Assembly (NCBI GenBank): GCA_007130045.1
Contig: SLTG01000053.1
Location: forward strand, 35,922-99,921
Length of the DNA stretch: 64,000 nt
Direction: 5' to 3'
From: Opitutales bacterium
Lineage (GTDB): Bacteria; Verrucomicrobiota; Verrucomicrobiia; Opitutales; T3Sed10-336
Part shown: one piece after another, positions 31,463-42,135 of the stretch
Layout: every line of letters starts with the position of its first letter
Position numbering within the stretch: the first letter of the stretch is position 1
Program-made: the position numbers and the translations under genes
Notes under the pieces: generated by a model
Database searches by the model: none
What the model was told of the DNA's origin: nothing
The model's input: only the letters and a program-made list of their open reading frames with translations

Positions 31463-31795
31463 ATGGTTTTGGAAGTGGTCGGAATGGTTCCCGGCCCGGA
31501 GAGCCTTTCACAGGAGGAAGCGGAAACTCTGCTCGGGACGCTTGTCGGAAGACTGGCGCTTTATCGGGTCGCCTACGACGTCTGCGAGCATTGCACGCCG
31601 CGCGACGCCTACCGAATACTTGTCGAGCATTCGGCGCACGAGTGTTACATCCACCCCGAGCTTCGTGAAACCGAATGGATGACTCATTTCGGCACGAGCG
31701 AATCCTGCAAGGAATGCCTGCGCGAGTTCGAACAGGGCCAAAACACGGGACCGGCATCATTTTCCGCAGGCCGGTATCGAGAGCATTCGAAATAA
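31463..31795 (+). CDS. Hypothetical small Cys4 protein (110 aa)
   Basis: CEHC ... CKEC pairs. The ORF-track start at 31184 would overlap the divergent gene, so I chose the ATG at 31463. The opposite-strand ORF here is Arg/Pro-rich junk. Confidence 0.35.
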   Translation: MVLEVVGMVPGPESLSQEEAETLLGTLVGRLALYRVAYDVCEHCTPRDAYRILVEHSAHECYIHPELRETEWMTHFGTSESCKECLREFEQGQNTGPASFSAGRYREHSK

Positions 31796-32046
31796 CCCGC
31801 GATATATCGTGTCCGGGATTCTCAATCCACGCACCGTTTAACCTGCTTTTTTCCCGGCTTCCGCAAAACGGGACGAATGGATCGAACCGAAATCCGTGTC
31901 GAGCATTCGGTATGGAATGACTCCTTGTGAAGCCGTGTTTCCGGTCCAATGTAAGCAACTTGTAAATTTGGATTAGGGAACCGGTGAATGATTGAAAACC
32001 GGGTTTTATTCCTCCAACTTCTTGGAGGTCCATCACTAATCGCGCA

Positions 32047-32841
32047 ATGTTGATACCATCGAAAAAGAGAGATGTCCTGCGATCCGTCTGGCGGATCGTG
32101 GGCGTCTATTTGGGCGCGGCTCTCCTCTGGGTCCTGGTTTCGGATGCCGTGATCGCCTCCATCGCGACGAACGAGGCCGTCCTGGTGAAAATGCAGACCT
32201 ACAAAGGCATAGTATTTGTCGTTGTTACCGCCGCGATTCTGTACTTCGTCCTTCGGAGGCAGTGGAGCCTGCGAGCCGGGAAGGAGGAGCAGGTGTACTG
32301 GCAGGCCGAGTTGCTGAACATCACTCATCACGCGGTCATCGTGCGCAAGTGGGCAGACGGTCGAATCACCTTCTGGAACAGGGGAGCGGAAAAGCTGTAT
32401 GGATGGACGGCCGAGGAGGCCGTGGGCGGGCTCTCGCACGAAATGCTCTACAACGGAAACGCGAATGCCCAGCGGGATCAAAGCGATTGGGCTCTCGTGG
32501 TAACGGGGGCCTGGCGGGGTAAACGAATCCAGAAGAGAAAGGATGGCAGCGAGCTGATCGTCGATGCTCATTTGACCCTCGTGCGCGACGCTACGGGAGA
32601 ACTGGACTCGGTTCTTTGTATCAACCGTGATATTACGATGATGGAGGGTTTGAAGAATCCGTTGCAGCGCGCGGATGGAGAGATATCCATCGGGGAGCCG
32701 GCGGGGGCCGTATGCCACGAATCCAACAATCCAGTCGGCGAACATCAATCTTCAGCTCCTGGCACGAAGGCAATGAAAGTGGCGGCCGAGGCGAAAAGAC
32801 GCGGTCCCCGGAGGCGCGATATGTCCGCGTTGAAGAGCTGA
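32047..32841 (+). CDS. Membrane-anchored PAS sensor, apparently a histidine kinase truncated just after the H-box
   Basis: Two N-terminal TM helices and a PAS domain (ITFWNRGAEKLYGWTAEEAVG..INRDIT). An H-box-like IGEPAGAVCHESNNPV follows, with the stop 35 codons later. No HATPase domain lies before purN. Confidence 0.7.
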   Translation: MLIPSKKRDVLRSVWRIVGVYLGAALLWVLVSDAVIASIATNEAVLVKMQTYKGIVFVVVTAAILYFVLRRQWSLRAGKEEQVYWQAELLNITHHAVIVRKWADGRITFWNRGAEKLYGWTAEEAVGGLSHEMLYNGNANAQRDQSDWALVVTGAWRGKRIQKRKDGSELIVDAHLTLVRDATGELDSVLCINRDITMMEGLKNPLQRADGEISIGEPAGAVCHESNNPVGEHQSSAPGTKAMKVAAEAKRRGPRRRDMSALKS

Positions 32842-32977
32842 ACTGGCGCGCAAATCCGGGCGATCTCCACCATCAACGTTTTCACCGCCGAAGCCGCGAT
32901 CCCTATTGAGGTGTCGAACAGGATTCCTGCGCCGGTTTTTTCTCGAATCGGAGGGAGGAAGCGGTTTTGATGGTTTT

Positions 32978-33556
32978 GTGAACGTGGTCATCTTAGGTTC
33001 GGGTCGGGGAAGCAATGCGCGGCGGTTGCTGGAGGCGGAACGTGAGGGGAATCTGGGGAAGGCACGGGTGGTTTCGGTTTTTTCCGACCGGCCGGACGGG
33101 CCGATCCTCAAGCTCGGCGACGAGTTCGGAGTTGAGGCGCGGTATCTCGATCCGGGGAGTTACAGGACGAAGCTGGACGGCGACGCCGAGAAGGCGTACA
33201 TCAAAGCGATCGGAACCAAAGACCCGGGCCTGGTCGTTCTCGCGGGATTCATGCGGGTGATCAAGCCGCCGATGATCCGGGCGTTCGAGGGAAAAATAAT
33301 CAACCTCCATCCCAGTCTGCTGCCGAGCTTCAAGGGTCTGGAAGCCATTCGCCAGGCGTACGAGTACGGTGTGAAGATCACGGGATGTACCGTTCATTAC
33401 GTGACGGAGGACGTCGACAGCGGCCCGGTAATCGACCAGGAGGCCGTGCGTATTGAATCCGACGATACATTGGAAAGCCTGGAAGATAAAGTCCACGCGG
33501 CCGAGCACCGCCTTCTTCCGGAAGTGGTGGCGCGGTTGTCGATGAACGAGGCGTGA
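32978..33556 (+). CDS. purN: Phosphoribosylglycinamide formyltransferase
   Basis: VVILGSGRGSN, NLHPSLLPSF and GCTVHYVTEDVDSGP motifs. A GTG start at 32978 is assumed. Confidence 0.9.
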   Translation: MNVVILGSGRGSNARRLLEAEREGNLGKARVVSVFSDRPDGPILKLGDEFGVEARYLDPGSYRTKLDGDAEKAYIKAIGTKDPGLVVLAGFMRVIKPPMIRAFEGKIINLHPSLLPSFKGLEAIRQAYEYGVKITGCTVHYVTEDVDSGPVIDQEAVRIESDDTLESLEDKVHAAEHRLLPEVVARLSMNEA

Positions 33557-33569
33557 GGCGGCGCCCGAC

Positions 33570-34454
33570 ATGTTGAGTGAATACAGGATACCGGTCGGCA
33601 CGGAGGATGCTCAATTGCTTGAAGAGGCGGGTGAGGAAATGGGCGGTTGGTTTCTGTTCCGGGACGCGATGGAGGGGCGCGACTACCTGACGGGGTATTT
33701 CGAACGGGAAATCGACGCGGAAACGAGCCTGGAGGCACTGAGCGCGGTGCTTCCGGTACCAATCTCAATAGCGAACGCCCGGGTGACCCCGGTTGAGGAC
33801 AGGGACTGGAAAGAGGCGTACAAGGAGCACTTCAAGGCGTGGCGGTGTGGCGGACTGCACTGGGTTCCGGTATGGGAGCGGGACGGTTATTCGGTTCCGG
33901 AGGGGGAGAAGGTCATCTGGCTGGATCCGGGAATGGCGTTCGGGACCGGAAACCATGAGACGACGCGCCTGTGCGTGGAGCGGATGATTGCGTTTTGCGA
34001 AAAGTCGCGTCGAACGGGCCGGGATATTTCGCGGATGTCGCTTCTGGACGTCGGCTCGGGCTCGGGTATTCTTGCGTTGTCCGCCGCGCGCCTGGGATTC
34101 GGAAAAGTTACCGGCTTCGACAACGATGCCGAAGCGGTCGCGATCAGCAGGGAGAACGCGACCGGGAACGACCTGCCGGAGCGCGTCGATTTTTTCGTCG
34201 GCGGTTTGCCGGAAGGTCTGCACGGGCGAAGCGCGGACCTGGTGCTTGCGAATATTCAAAGCGACGTGCTGATGCGGCACGCCGACGACCTCCTGGCGGC
34301 GGCGAAGCCTGGCGGCGCCTTGGTCATGAGCGGAATTCTCGCCGCGGAAGTCGTGCGGGTCAGGGAGCACTTTGAGGAACGCGCCCCGGAACGGCGGGTC
34401 GAAAGCCGGGTTCTCGGCGAGTGGGCGGACTTGGCGATCGGTCGGGAGGAGTGA
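33570..34454 (+). CDS. prmA: Ribosomal protein L11 methyltransferase
   Basis: GMAFGTGNHETT and LDVGSGSGIL SAM-binding motifs. Confidence 0.9.
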   Translation: MLSEYRIPVGTEDAQLLEEAGEEMGGWFLFRDAMEGRDYLTGYFEREIDAETSLEALSAVLPVPISIANARVTPVEDRDWKEAYKEHFKAWRCGGLHWVPVWERDGYSVPEGEKVIWLDPGMAFGTGNHETTRLCVERMIAFCEKSRRTGRDISRMSLLDVGSGSGILALSAARLGFGKVTGFDNDAEAVAISRENATGNDLPERVDFFVGGLPEGLHGRSADLVLANIQSDVLMRHADDLLAAAKPGGALVMSGILAAEVVRVREHFEERAPERRVESRVLGEWADLAIGREE

Positions 34455-34548
34455 GGTTTCGGGTTTCCGGATTCGGAAAAACGATCATTGAGGATGATTT
34501 CACCCTGCGGGAGACTTGAAACCCGTGTACCCGAAACGGAATCCCGCC

Positions 34549-34641
34549 CCGCTCCGTACGGAGCGGCCTGCAGAGGGAATCCGACTTCTTACGGCTTGGT
34601 GTGCGGCGGGGAATTCCGCTCCTTACGGAGCGGCCTACAGA
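34549..34641. repeat. Two copies of a 26-nt palindromic element (34549-34574 and 34616-34641) between convergent genes
   Basis: ccgctccgtacggagcggcctgcaga versus ccgctccttacggagcggcctacaga. Each forms a 7-8 bp GC-rich hairpin. Flanking gaatcccgcc / ggcggggaattc segments form an imperfect inverted repeat. Confidence 0.7.
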
Positions 34642-34674
34642 TAAAATCAGCGCCGGTTGCCAGGCGTCTTTCGG

Positions 34675-35256
34675 CTAGATTTTTTCGACGATCTTGTCGG
34701 CGAGACCGTATTCGATGGCTTCGTTTGCGTTCAGGTAGAAGTCGCGGTCGGTGTCCTTGGCGATTTTCTCCAGCGGTTGGCCGGAGGCAGTGGAAAGGAT
34801 CTTGTTCAATTCCTCGCGCAGCTTCTCCATCTCGGTCGCCTGAATGTTGATGTCGATCGCCGGCGCCACCATGCGTCCGGCGAGCAGCGGCTGGTGGATG
34901 AGCACGCGGGAATGAGGGAAAACGTAGCGACTTCCCTTGGGCGCGGCGCAGAGAAGGATCGATCCCATGCTCGCGGCCATTCCGGTGACAACGACGGTGA
35001 CGGGAGACGAGATCAGTTGAAGAGTGTCGTAGATCGCCATTCCGGACGTGATAGATCCGCCGGGAGTATCGATATAAAACGTGATTTCCTTTCCGGGATC
35101 GACGGCTTCGAGATACATGAGCTTCTCCACGGTCTCTTTGCCGCTTTTGTCGCTGACTTCTCCCCACAGAAAAACTTTTCTCTGTTCGAGGAATTTTTTC
35201 TCCATCAGAATCTGAACAGAGTCTCTTTGATCGGTATCTTCCTTCTTATTAGGCAT
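34675..35256 (-). CDS. clpP: ATP-dependent Clp protease proteolytic subunit
   Basis: GMAASMGSILL (catalytic Ser), LIHQP (His) and DTDRD (Asp). Confidence 0.95.
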   Translation of the reverse strand: MPNKKEDTDQRDSVQILMEKKFLEQRKVFLWGEVSDKSGKETVEKLMYLEAVDPGKEITFYIDTPGGSITSGMAIYDTLQLISSPVTVVVTGMAASMGSILLCAAPKGSRYVFPHSRVLIHQPLLAGRMVAPAIDINIQATEMEKLREELNKILSTASGQPLEKIAKDTDRDFYLNANEAIEYGLADKIVEKI

Positions 35257-35446
35257 AATCGAGGTGAGTTAAAGGCTTGAGAGCCCTGAGTGCAAGAGAG
35301 ATGGTGGAAATTCTTGGATTGCCGAACGTTCTCGGGCGCAGGCCCGGTCGATTCGGCAAACGGCAGGCTACACCGGGCGTGCTTCCGGGATCGGGTGCAA
35401 ACAGCCATCCGGAGGAAAGCATCCGCGGACCCCGGCGGAGTAGATC

Positions 35447-36031
35447 TCAGATCAGACCGAGCTTCATCTTACCCTCTTCGCTGATCATTTCCTGGTTCCA
35501 GGGCGGGTCCCAGACGATCTCGACTTCGGCGTCCTTGACCCCCGGGACCGACAGGACTTTCGCCTTGGCGTCAGCCGCGATAGCCGGGCCCATTCCGCAA
35601 CCGGGGGCGGTGAGGGTCATCTTTACGTCCACCCGGTGAAAGTCGGGTTCTACTTCGGACACGTCGCACGAATAAACCAGGCCGAGATCGACGATGTTTA
35701 CCGGAATTTCCGGGTCGTAAACGTTCTTGAGTTGTTCCCAGAGCGCCTCCGTTTTGGGCGGTCCCTGGTGATCGCCGGAATCCTGCGGAGCGGTTTCGCC
35801 CTGAGGGACCTCCTCGCCCAGGGCATCGGCGTTTTCGCCGCCGATACGAGCGAGGCCGTGCGGCGTCATTACCGTGTAGCTGCCGCCGAGCACCTGGCTG
35901 ATGACAACGGTGGTTTCCTTCGGGAGCGTGATGGTTTCACCGCCCGGAATGAGGACGGCGTCGCAGTCACGGCTCAGGATTCTGTGGTTGGTGGCATCGG
36001 TCATTGGATGGAATGGTTGCTCTGAAAACAA
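35447..36031 (-). CDS. sufT: Fe-S cluster assembly protein SufT (DUF59/MIP18 family)
   Basis: DUF59 core [18 protein letters not shown], ..[11 protein letters not shown]... Last gene of the suf cluster. Confidence 0.8.
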   Translation of the reverse strand: MFSEQPFHPMTDATNHRILSRDCDAVLIPGGETITLPKETTVVISQVLGGSYTVMTPHGLARIGGENADALGEEVPQGETAPQDSGDHQGPPKTEALWEQLKNVYDPEIPVNIVDLGLVYSCDVSEVEPDFHRVDVKMTLTAPGCGMGPAIAADAKAKVLSVPGVKDAEVEIVWDPPWNQEMISEEGKMKLGLI

Positions 36032-36111
36032 GGGAACATTATCAGACGTTTTTTCCCGGCGATTTTAGGAGTCTGTCGGCGAAGCCCGACAGACTCCTGG
36101 CACAAGCGGCG

Positions 36112-37461
36112 TCAGAATTGCGACCGGATCAGGGTGCGTAGGTTTTCGGCGATCTCCTCGTTCTCGAGTTTCCCGAGGATGTCCTCGAAGAAGCCGAAGA
36201 CCAGGAGCTGCTTGGCGACGGGTTCGGGAATTCCGCGGGCCCGCATGTAATGAAGCTGCTCGTCGTCGATCTGGCCGGAGGTCGCGCCGTGGCTGCACTT
36301 GACGTCGTTTGCCAGGATCTCCAGGCCGGGCAGGGAATTCGATTCGGCTGTGGGACTGAGGAGCAGATTGCGGTTCGTCTGGTAGGCGTCGGTCTGCTGC
36401 GCATCCTCCTCCACCTTGATGAGGCCGGAGAAGATCGTGCGGGCGTCGTCGAGGAGGGCGTTCTTATAGAGCAGATCGGAAACCGAACGTCCCTTGAAAT
36501 GGGTCTGGAGGGTGCGCTGGTCGAACTCCTGTTTGCCGGTGGCGACGGTGAGGGACTGCATCTGGGTGTGCGCGCCTTCCCCAAGGACCTGGCTGTGGCT
36601 CTCGTTGCGGGCCTGCCGGCCTCCGACGTTGACGTTGAGCGAAGTGATGAAGGCGTCTTTGAATGCCTGCGTCGAATTCAGGTGGAAGGCTAGACTGTCG
36701 CGTCCCCAGTCCTGCGCGGAAATGTAGGTGACGCGCGCCCCGGGGCCGGCGTAAAGGTCGTTGACCCCACAGATGAAATTGCGTGAGGAGCGGTCGTGGG
36801 CCGAAAAGAAATCGACCAGCGTGACCTTGGCCATATCGTCCGCGATCAACAGGGTGTGCGGGAAGAGGGCGGCGTTATTGCGGTCCGTCCAGTGAAAGGC
36901 GACGAGCGGAAGATCGACTTCGACGCCCTTCGGGACATAAAGAAACGAACCGGCGGAACAGAGGGCACCGTGAAGCTCGGAGAATTTCTCCGAACCGAGC
37001 TTGATCGGCTGCGCCATGAAGTGTTTACGCAGAAGATCCTCGTGCTCGCGTACGGCCTGTTCGAGGGGAAGCCAGATGACGCCTTTTTTCGCCCACTCTT
37101 CGGAAATCGCTTCGCTGTCCATCAGGCGGTCGTTGGAAAAAACAAGGCGGCCGGCCCTTTGGCGAACATTTTCCGAGCGCTTGAGGACTTCCTTGTCGGC
37201 GATCTCCGGCGGGGACGAGTCGCCCAGCTCGTAACCGTCGAGCTTGACGCCGCCGAGGCTGGCGAATCGCCAGTTCTCGTCCTTGCGCATGGGCATCGGC
37301 AGTTTCCGGAAGCGCCGCCAGCTTTCCCGCTTCAGGTCCAGCCACCATTCGGGCGCGCCGGAGGCGGATTGAGACGCGAGATGAGCGTCGAAGATTTCCT
37401 GGTCGGCCAGGCCGTTGGCAGTCTTCATGGTCTCCGTTTGTGAAAGTATCGTCGTGTTCAA
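36112..37461 (-). CDS. sufD: Fe-S cluster assembly protein SufD
   Basis: SufBD-family C-terminal beta-helix motifs (..VKCSHGATSGQIDDEQLHYMRARGI..). Positioned after sufB. Confidence 0.9.
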   Translation of the reverse strand: MNTTILSQTETMKTANGLADQEIFDAHLASQSASGAPEWWLDLKRESWRRFRKLPMPMRKDENWRFASLGGVKLDGYELGDSSPPEIADKEVLKRSENVRQRAGRLVFSNDRLMDSEAISEEWAKKGVIWLPLEQAVREHEDLLRKHFMAQPIKLGSEKFSELHGALCSAGSFLYVPKGVEVDLPLVAFHWTDRNNAALFPHTLLIADDMAKVTLVDFFSAHDRSSRNFICGVNDLYAGPGARVTYISAQDWGRDSLAFHLNSTQAFKDAFITSLNVNVGGRQARNESHSQVLGEGAHTQMQSLTVATGKQEFDQRTLQTHFKGRSVSDLLYKNALLDDARTIFSGLIKVEEDAQQTDAYQTNRNLLLSPTAESNSLPGLEILANDVKCSHGATSGQIDDEQLHYMRARGIPEPVAKQLLVFGFFEDILGKLENEEIAENLRTLIRSQF

Positions 37462-37611
37462 GGCAGGTGAATTGGATTGTGGTTAAAGGTGGTTTGAATA
37501 GTGTTGCTTTTCTGGTCGCGGAAAGCCCGGAAACGCCGACCGGTCCGCCCTCTGTTCCGTTCCCGGGATCGGAATGACTTCGAGCCGGCATCGCTTTCCT
37601 CAAGGAGCGAA

Positions 37612-39024
37612 TCAGCCAACGGACCCTTCCATTTCAAGATCGATCAGCCGTTTCAGCTCGACGCTGTATTCCATGGGGAAGTGTCGTGCGAGGTCGTTGA
37701 TGAAGCCGTTGACGGCGAGACTCATCGCCTGTCCCTCGCTCATCCCGCGCTGCCGCATGTAGAAGATCTGCTCGGCGCTGACCTTGCTGACGCTCGCCTC
37801 GTGCTGCACGGAGTTGTGGTCGCCCCTCGCGGTGATCGCCGGGTAGGTGTCCGTGCGCGAGTTCGTATTGATGAGAAGCGCGTCGCACTCGGTGTTGTTC
37901 TTGCAGCCCTTGAGGTGCTTGGGCATGTTCACGAGGCCCCGGTAGGTGGCCCGGCCCTTGCCGACACTGATGCTCTTGGAGATGATGTTGCTGCTGGTTT
38001 CGTCGGCGGCGTGAACCATCTTGGCGCCGGTGTCCTGGTGCTGGCCGTCGTTGGCTAGTGCGATACTGAGGACTTCTCCGCGGGCGCGGCGCCCCTTGAG
38101 GATGACACCCGGGTACTTCATGGTCAGGCGGGAGCCGATGTTGCAGTCGATCCAGCGGATCTCCGCGTCCTCGTGGGCCAACCCGCGTTTGGTGACGAGG
38201 TTGAAAACGTTGTCGGACCAGTTCTGCACGGTGATGTACTGAATCTTCGCGCCCTTGAGCGCGACGAGTTCCACCACGGCGCTGTGCAGGGTGGCGGTAT
38301 CGAACTTCGGCGCCGTGCAGCCCTCCATGTACGTGACCTCGGATCCCTCGTCGGCGATGATGAGCGTGCGCTCGAACTGACCGAAGTTCTGGGCGTTGAT
38401 CCGGAAATAGGCTTGCAGAGGGTGACTTACCTTGACTCCCGGCGGGACATAGATGAAGCTTCCGCCGCTGAAGACCGCGCTGTTGAGGGCGCTGAACTTG
38501 TTGTCGCCCGTCGGGATGACCTTGCCGAACCACTTGCGGAAGATCTCCGGATGTTCCTTCAGCCCCTCGGTGCTGCCGACGAAGATGACGCCCTGCTTGG
38601 AGGCGATTTCCTTGATGTTTGAGTAGGCCGCCTCGCTGTCGAACTGCGCCTCGACGCCGGCGAGAAACTTGCGTTCGCTCTCGGGGATGCCGAGGCGTTC
38701 GAAGGTTTGCTTCACGTCGTCCGGGACGTCGTCCCAACTCCGGCTCGGTTTCTGGTCGCCTGCGAGATAATACCGGATTTTGTCGAAGTCGATCGCGTTC
38801 AGGTCGCTGGAGGCCCAGTGCGTGGGCATAGGCTTTTCCCGGAACGTCTGGAGCGCGTTCATTCGGAACTCACGGATCCAGTCCGGTTCCTCCTTCACTT
38901 CGCACATGTAGTCGATCGTGTGTTCGCTCAGGCCCTTGCCCGCGTCGTATTTGTGTTTCTCCGGATAAACGAAGTTGCCGATATCGGTTTTGATATCGAG
39001 TTCGGGTGTGGTCGTTTCGGACAT
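37612..39024 (-). CDS. sufB: Fe-S cluster assembly protein SufB
   Basis: Highly conserved SufB sequence (..[35 protein letters not shown]..). Confidence 0.95.
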   Translation of the reverse strand: MSETTTPELDIKTDIGNFVYPEKHKYDAGKGLSEHTIDYMCEVKEEPDWIREFRMNALQTFREKPMPTHWASSDLNAIDFDKIRYYLAGDQKPSRSWDDVPDDVKQTFERLGIPESERKFLAGVEAQFDSEAAYSNIKEIASKQGVIFVGSTEGLKEHPEIFRKWFGKVIPTGDNKFSALNSAVFSGGSFIYVPPGVKVSHPLQAYFRINAQNFGQFERTLIIADEGSEVTYMEGCTAPKFDTATLHSAVVELVALKGAKIQYITVQNWSDNVFNLVTKRGLAHEDAEIRWIDCNIGSRLTMKYPGVILKGRRARGEVLSIALANDGQHQDTGAKMVHAADETSSNIISKSISVGKGRATYRGLVNMPKHLKGCKNNTECDALLINTNSRTDTYPAITARGDHNSVQHEASVSKVSAEQIFYMRQRGMSEGQAMSLAVNGFINDLARHFPMEYSVELKRLIDLEMEGSVG

Positions 39025-39059
39025 ACGCTTTTCCTCCTGTTGATTGAATTGAATTTGGT

Positions 39060-39830
39060 TCAGGCTTTGGCCGCCGGTTCAGCGAATTCCTCTTTGATCC
39101 AGTCATAACCCTTGTTTTCGAGTTCGATGGCGAGATCCTTCCCGCCGCTCTTGACGATGCGGCCGTTCCACATGACGTGGACGTGGTCGGGAACGATGTA
39201 TTCGAGAATGCGCTGGTAGTGGGTGATCAGCAGGATACCGCATTCCGGACCGCGGAGTTTGTTGACCCCTTCGGAGACGATTCGAAGCGCGTCGATGTCC
39301 AGACCGCTGTCGGTTTCGTCCATGATCGCGTATTTCGGCTCCAGCATGGCCATTTGCAGGATCTCGTTGCGTTTTTTCTCACCGCCGGAGAATCCCTCGT
39401 TGATCGCTCGCGAAGTGAATTTCCGGTCGATATGCAGCATGTCCATTTTTTCGTACAGGGTCTTGTAGAAACCCGTGGCGTCCAGATCCTCGCCCTCCGC
39501 GAGCCTGGCCTGCTTTGCGGCGCGCAGGAAATTGGCGATGCTGACACCCGGGATTTCACTCGGGTATTGGAAGGCCATGAAAAGGCCGGCGCGAGCGCGC
39601 TCGTCCACTTCCATCTCCAGGATGTTTTCCCCGTCGAGCAGGACTTCCCCCGAAGTGATCTCGTAGTCGGGATGACCGGCCAACGCTTTGGCCAGCGTGC
39701 TTTTCCCGGTGCCGTTCGGTCCCATGATGGCATGCACTTCCCCGCGGGGAAGAGTCAGACTGAGGTCCTTCAGGATTTCCGTCGTTTCGACTGTTACGCT
39801 AAGGTTTTTGATTTCCAGTTGTTTGCTCAT
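39060..39830 (-). CDS. sufC: Fe-S cluster assembly ATPase SufC
   Basis: Walker [24 protein letters not shown] and [11 protein letters not shown]. Confidence 0.95.
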   Translation of the reverse strand: MSKQLEIKNLSVTVETTEILKDLSLTLPRGEVHAIMGPNGTGKSTLAKALAGHPDYEITSGEVLLDGENILEMEVDERARAGLFMAFQYPSEIPGVSIANFLRAAKQARLAEGEDLDATGFYKTLYEKMDMLHIDRKFTSRAINEGFSGGEKKRNEILQMAMLEPKYAIMDETDSGLDIDALRIVSEGVNKLRGPECGILLITHYQRILEYIVPDHVHVMWNGRIVKSGGKDLAIELENKGYDWIKEEFAEPAAKA

Positions 39831-39853
39831 GATTTAAACAATAAATGATCGGA

Positions 39854-40300
39854 TTAAGGTTGCTGCTTCGCGCCGCATTCGGGGCAGGTGCCCAGAAGGT
39901 TCAGATCCAGGTGGTCCACCTTGAACCCCGGCGGGAGAGAGAGACCCAGACCGGACGGGCGCGTCGAAGGAAGGTCAATATCGTGAACGGAACCGCATTC
40001 CCGGCAATAGAAATGCCCGTGTTCCTTGAGATTCGGGCAAAACCGCGTCGATTCCCTGTCGCGGTTGACCTGTCGCACCAAACCGCACTCGACGAGCTTT
40101 TCCAGGGAATTGTAAACGGTCGCCAGCGAAATCGTCGGCATCGTCTTTTTCACCCGGCTGAATACCTCGTCCGCAGTGGGATGATCGCGTTTGGCCATCA
40201 GGGCGTCGTAGATTATCCGCCGCTGCCGGGTCATCCGTAAACCGCTTCCCGCCAGGGCGCGGTCAAGGGAGCTCCGCCGTTGTTTTTTCGTCGCATTCAA
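39854..40300 (-). CDS. Fur-family metalloregulator (Fur/PerR/Zur type), first gene of the suf operon
   Basis: GLRMTRQRRIIYDAL winged-helix N-terminus, then CRECG ... CPECG structural zinc pairs. TTG start with GGAGGA upstream. Confidence 0.85.
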   Translation of the reverse strand: MNATKKQRRSSLDRALAGSGLRMTRQRRIIYDALMAKRDHPTADEVFSRVKKTMPTISLATVYNSLEKLVECGLVRQVNRDRESTRFCPNLKEHGHFYCRECGSVHDIDLPSTRPSGLGLSLPPGFKVDHLDLNLLGTCPECGAKQQP

Positions 40301-40320
40301 GATGCTTCAACATCCTCCGG

Positions 40321-40400
40321 TTTTTTAATGAGATCAAGAATTATTCTAAAAAAATCCCTGGATTTTTTGTGTTATTTCTATAATCCAATGATCATAAACG
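40321..40400. promoter_or_regulatory. AT-rich divergent promoter region with candidate operator palindromes
   Basis: agaatTattct (40337-40347, 5-1-5 palindrome) and atgatcat (40388-40395) sit in a strongly AT-rich stretch between the fur-like gene and yjbQ. No exact Fur-box match. Confidence 0.3.
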
Positions 40401-40501
40401 AAATAAGATTTCATTCAATCACGGGCAACTTCTTCAATAGGAACAGCGACACGGCTTTCTTGGCTTGAATCCAGCGCTCGGTCCGCGGTAGAAGGATTGG
40501 C

Positions 40502-40918
40502 ATGAGGTCCTACCGCAAAGAGCTTTGGTTCGAGGTATCACAACGGCGCGAGTTGATCAATATCACTCCCGACGTCGAGAAATGTCTCCGCGAGAGCGGA
40601 ATCCGGGAGGGCCTCGCGCTGGTGAACGCGATGCACATTTCAGCCAGCGTGTTTGTCAACGACGACGAGCCTGGCCTGCACGGGGATTTCGAGCGGTGGC
40701 TGGAAACGCTGGCGCCGGAGAAACCGCACTCGCAGTACGCGCACAACAAGGGCGAGGACAATGCCGATGCCCACTTGAAACGCACGATCATGGGCCGGGA
40801 GGCGGTCGTTGCCGTGACGGGCGGACGGCTTGATTTCGGTCCGTGGGAACAGATTTTCTACGGCGAATTCGACGGGCGGCGACGCAAGCGGGTACTGGTA
40901 AAAATCATTGGCGAATGA
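40502..40918 (+). CDS. yjbQ: YjbQ/UPF0047 family protein (secondary thiamine-phosphate synthase enzyme)
   Basis: 138 aa with typical UPF0047 motifs ([36 protein letters not shown]). Confidence 0.88.
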   Translation: MRSYRKELWFEVSQRRELINITPDVEKCLRESGIREGLALVNAMHISASVFVNDDEPGLHGDFERWLETLAPEKPHSQYAHNKGEDNADAHLKRTIMGREAVVAVTGGRLDFGPWEQIFYGEFDGRRRKRVLVKIIGE

Positions 40919-41051
40919 ATCAGGGTTCAGGTCGAACGCCGATTTTACGGGACCGCGTTTCCGGGGTGATGATGACGTTTTCGGGTTGCCGTAGATGACG
41001 CCGGCAGCTTAATATGCCTCTTTCCAGATCACGTGAAGCAAAGGAAGAACC

Positions 41052-42053
41052 ATGGCCCAGACACCATCATCAGAATCCAGGCAAACCGGTCAACAGACGA
41101 GCCGGCTCGATCAGTTGAAGCAGTACACGAAAGTGGTTGCCGACACCGGAGATTTTTCGGCGATGAAGCAGTACGAGCCGCTCGACGCGACGACGAATCC
41201 GAGCCTGATTCTTAAAGCGGTTCAAAAGGAGGAGTACCAGTCCTTGCTCAAGAAGGCGATCGAAGCGCACCGCGGATCCGGCGAGACCGATGCCGAAAAA
41301 GTGGACCACATCATGGGGGAACTGCTGGTCCTGTTCGGGACGGAAATCCTGAACATCATTCCCGGACGCGTCTCGACCGAGACCGACGCCCGCTTCTCTT
41401 TCGATACGGCGAAGATCATCGAGGACGGCCGCCGCTTCATTCGCCTTTACGAGGAGAAAGGGATTCCGCGCGATCGCATTCTGATCAAGATCGCCTCGAC
41501 GTGGGAAGGCATTCGCGCGGCGGAACGACTCGAGAAAGAGGGAATCCACTGCAACCTGACGCTCCTGTTTTCGCTGGTGCAGGCGGTGGCCTGCGCGGAG
41601 GCGAAGGTCCGGTTGATTTCGCCTTTTGTCGGCCGCATCTACGATTGGTACAAGAAATCGACCGGCAAGGAGTACGTCGGCGCCGAGGATCCGGGCGTGC
41701 AATCGGTCGGGACCATCTACGCGTACTACAAAAAGTTCGGTTACGAGACCGAGGTGATGGGCGCCAGCTTCCGCAACTCAGGACAAATCGTTGAGCTCGC
41801 CGGATGCGACCTCCTGACGATCAGTCCCGAACTCCTGGAGGAATTGAACAACAACCACGACCCGATCGAGCGCAAGCTCGACCCGGAAGCCGCGAAGGCG
41901 GCGGACGTGAACAGGATCGAGTTGGACGAATCGACGTTCCGGTACCAGTTGAACGAGGACGCGATGGCGACCGAGAAGACGGCCGAAGGCATCCGGAACT
42001 TTGCCGCGGATGCCGGCAAGCTTGAAGACATGATTCGTGCGAATCTGGTTTGA
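41052..42053 (+). CDS. tal: Transaldolase (type 1)
   Basis: [20 protein letters not shown] (Schiff-base Lys) and FVGRIYDWY. Confidence 0.93.
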   Translation: MAQTPSSESRQTGQQTSRLDQLKQYTKVVADTGDFSAMKQYEPLDATTNPSLILKAVQKEEYQSLLKKAIEAHRGSGETDAEKVDHIMGELLVLFGTEILNIIPGRVSTETDARFSFDTAKIIEDGRRFIRLYEEKGIPRDRILIKIASTWEGIRAAERLEKEGIHCNLTLLFSLVQAVACAEAKVRLISPFVGRIYDWYKKSTGKEYVGAEDPGVQSVGTIYAYYKKFGYETEVMGASFRNSGQIVELAGCDLLTISPELLEELNNNHDPIERKLDPEAAKAADVNRIELDESTFRYQLNEDAMATEKTAEGIRNFAADAGKLEDMIRANLV

Positions 42054-42135
42054 GAGTCCTGAGATCGGGGGATTTTGAAGGCAACCGAAGCCGGATGGCG
42101 AACGGCTTTCCAGGTATGGAAGGGCGCCGGCTCGA

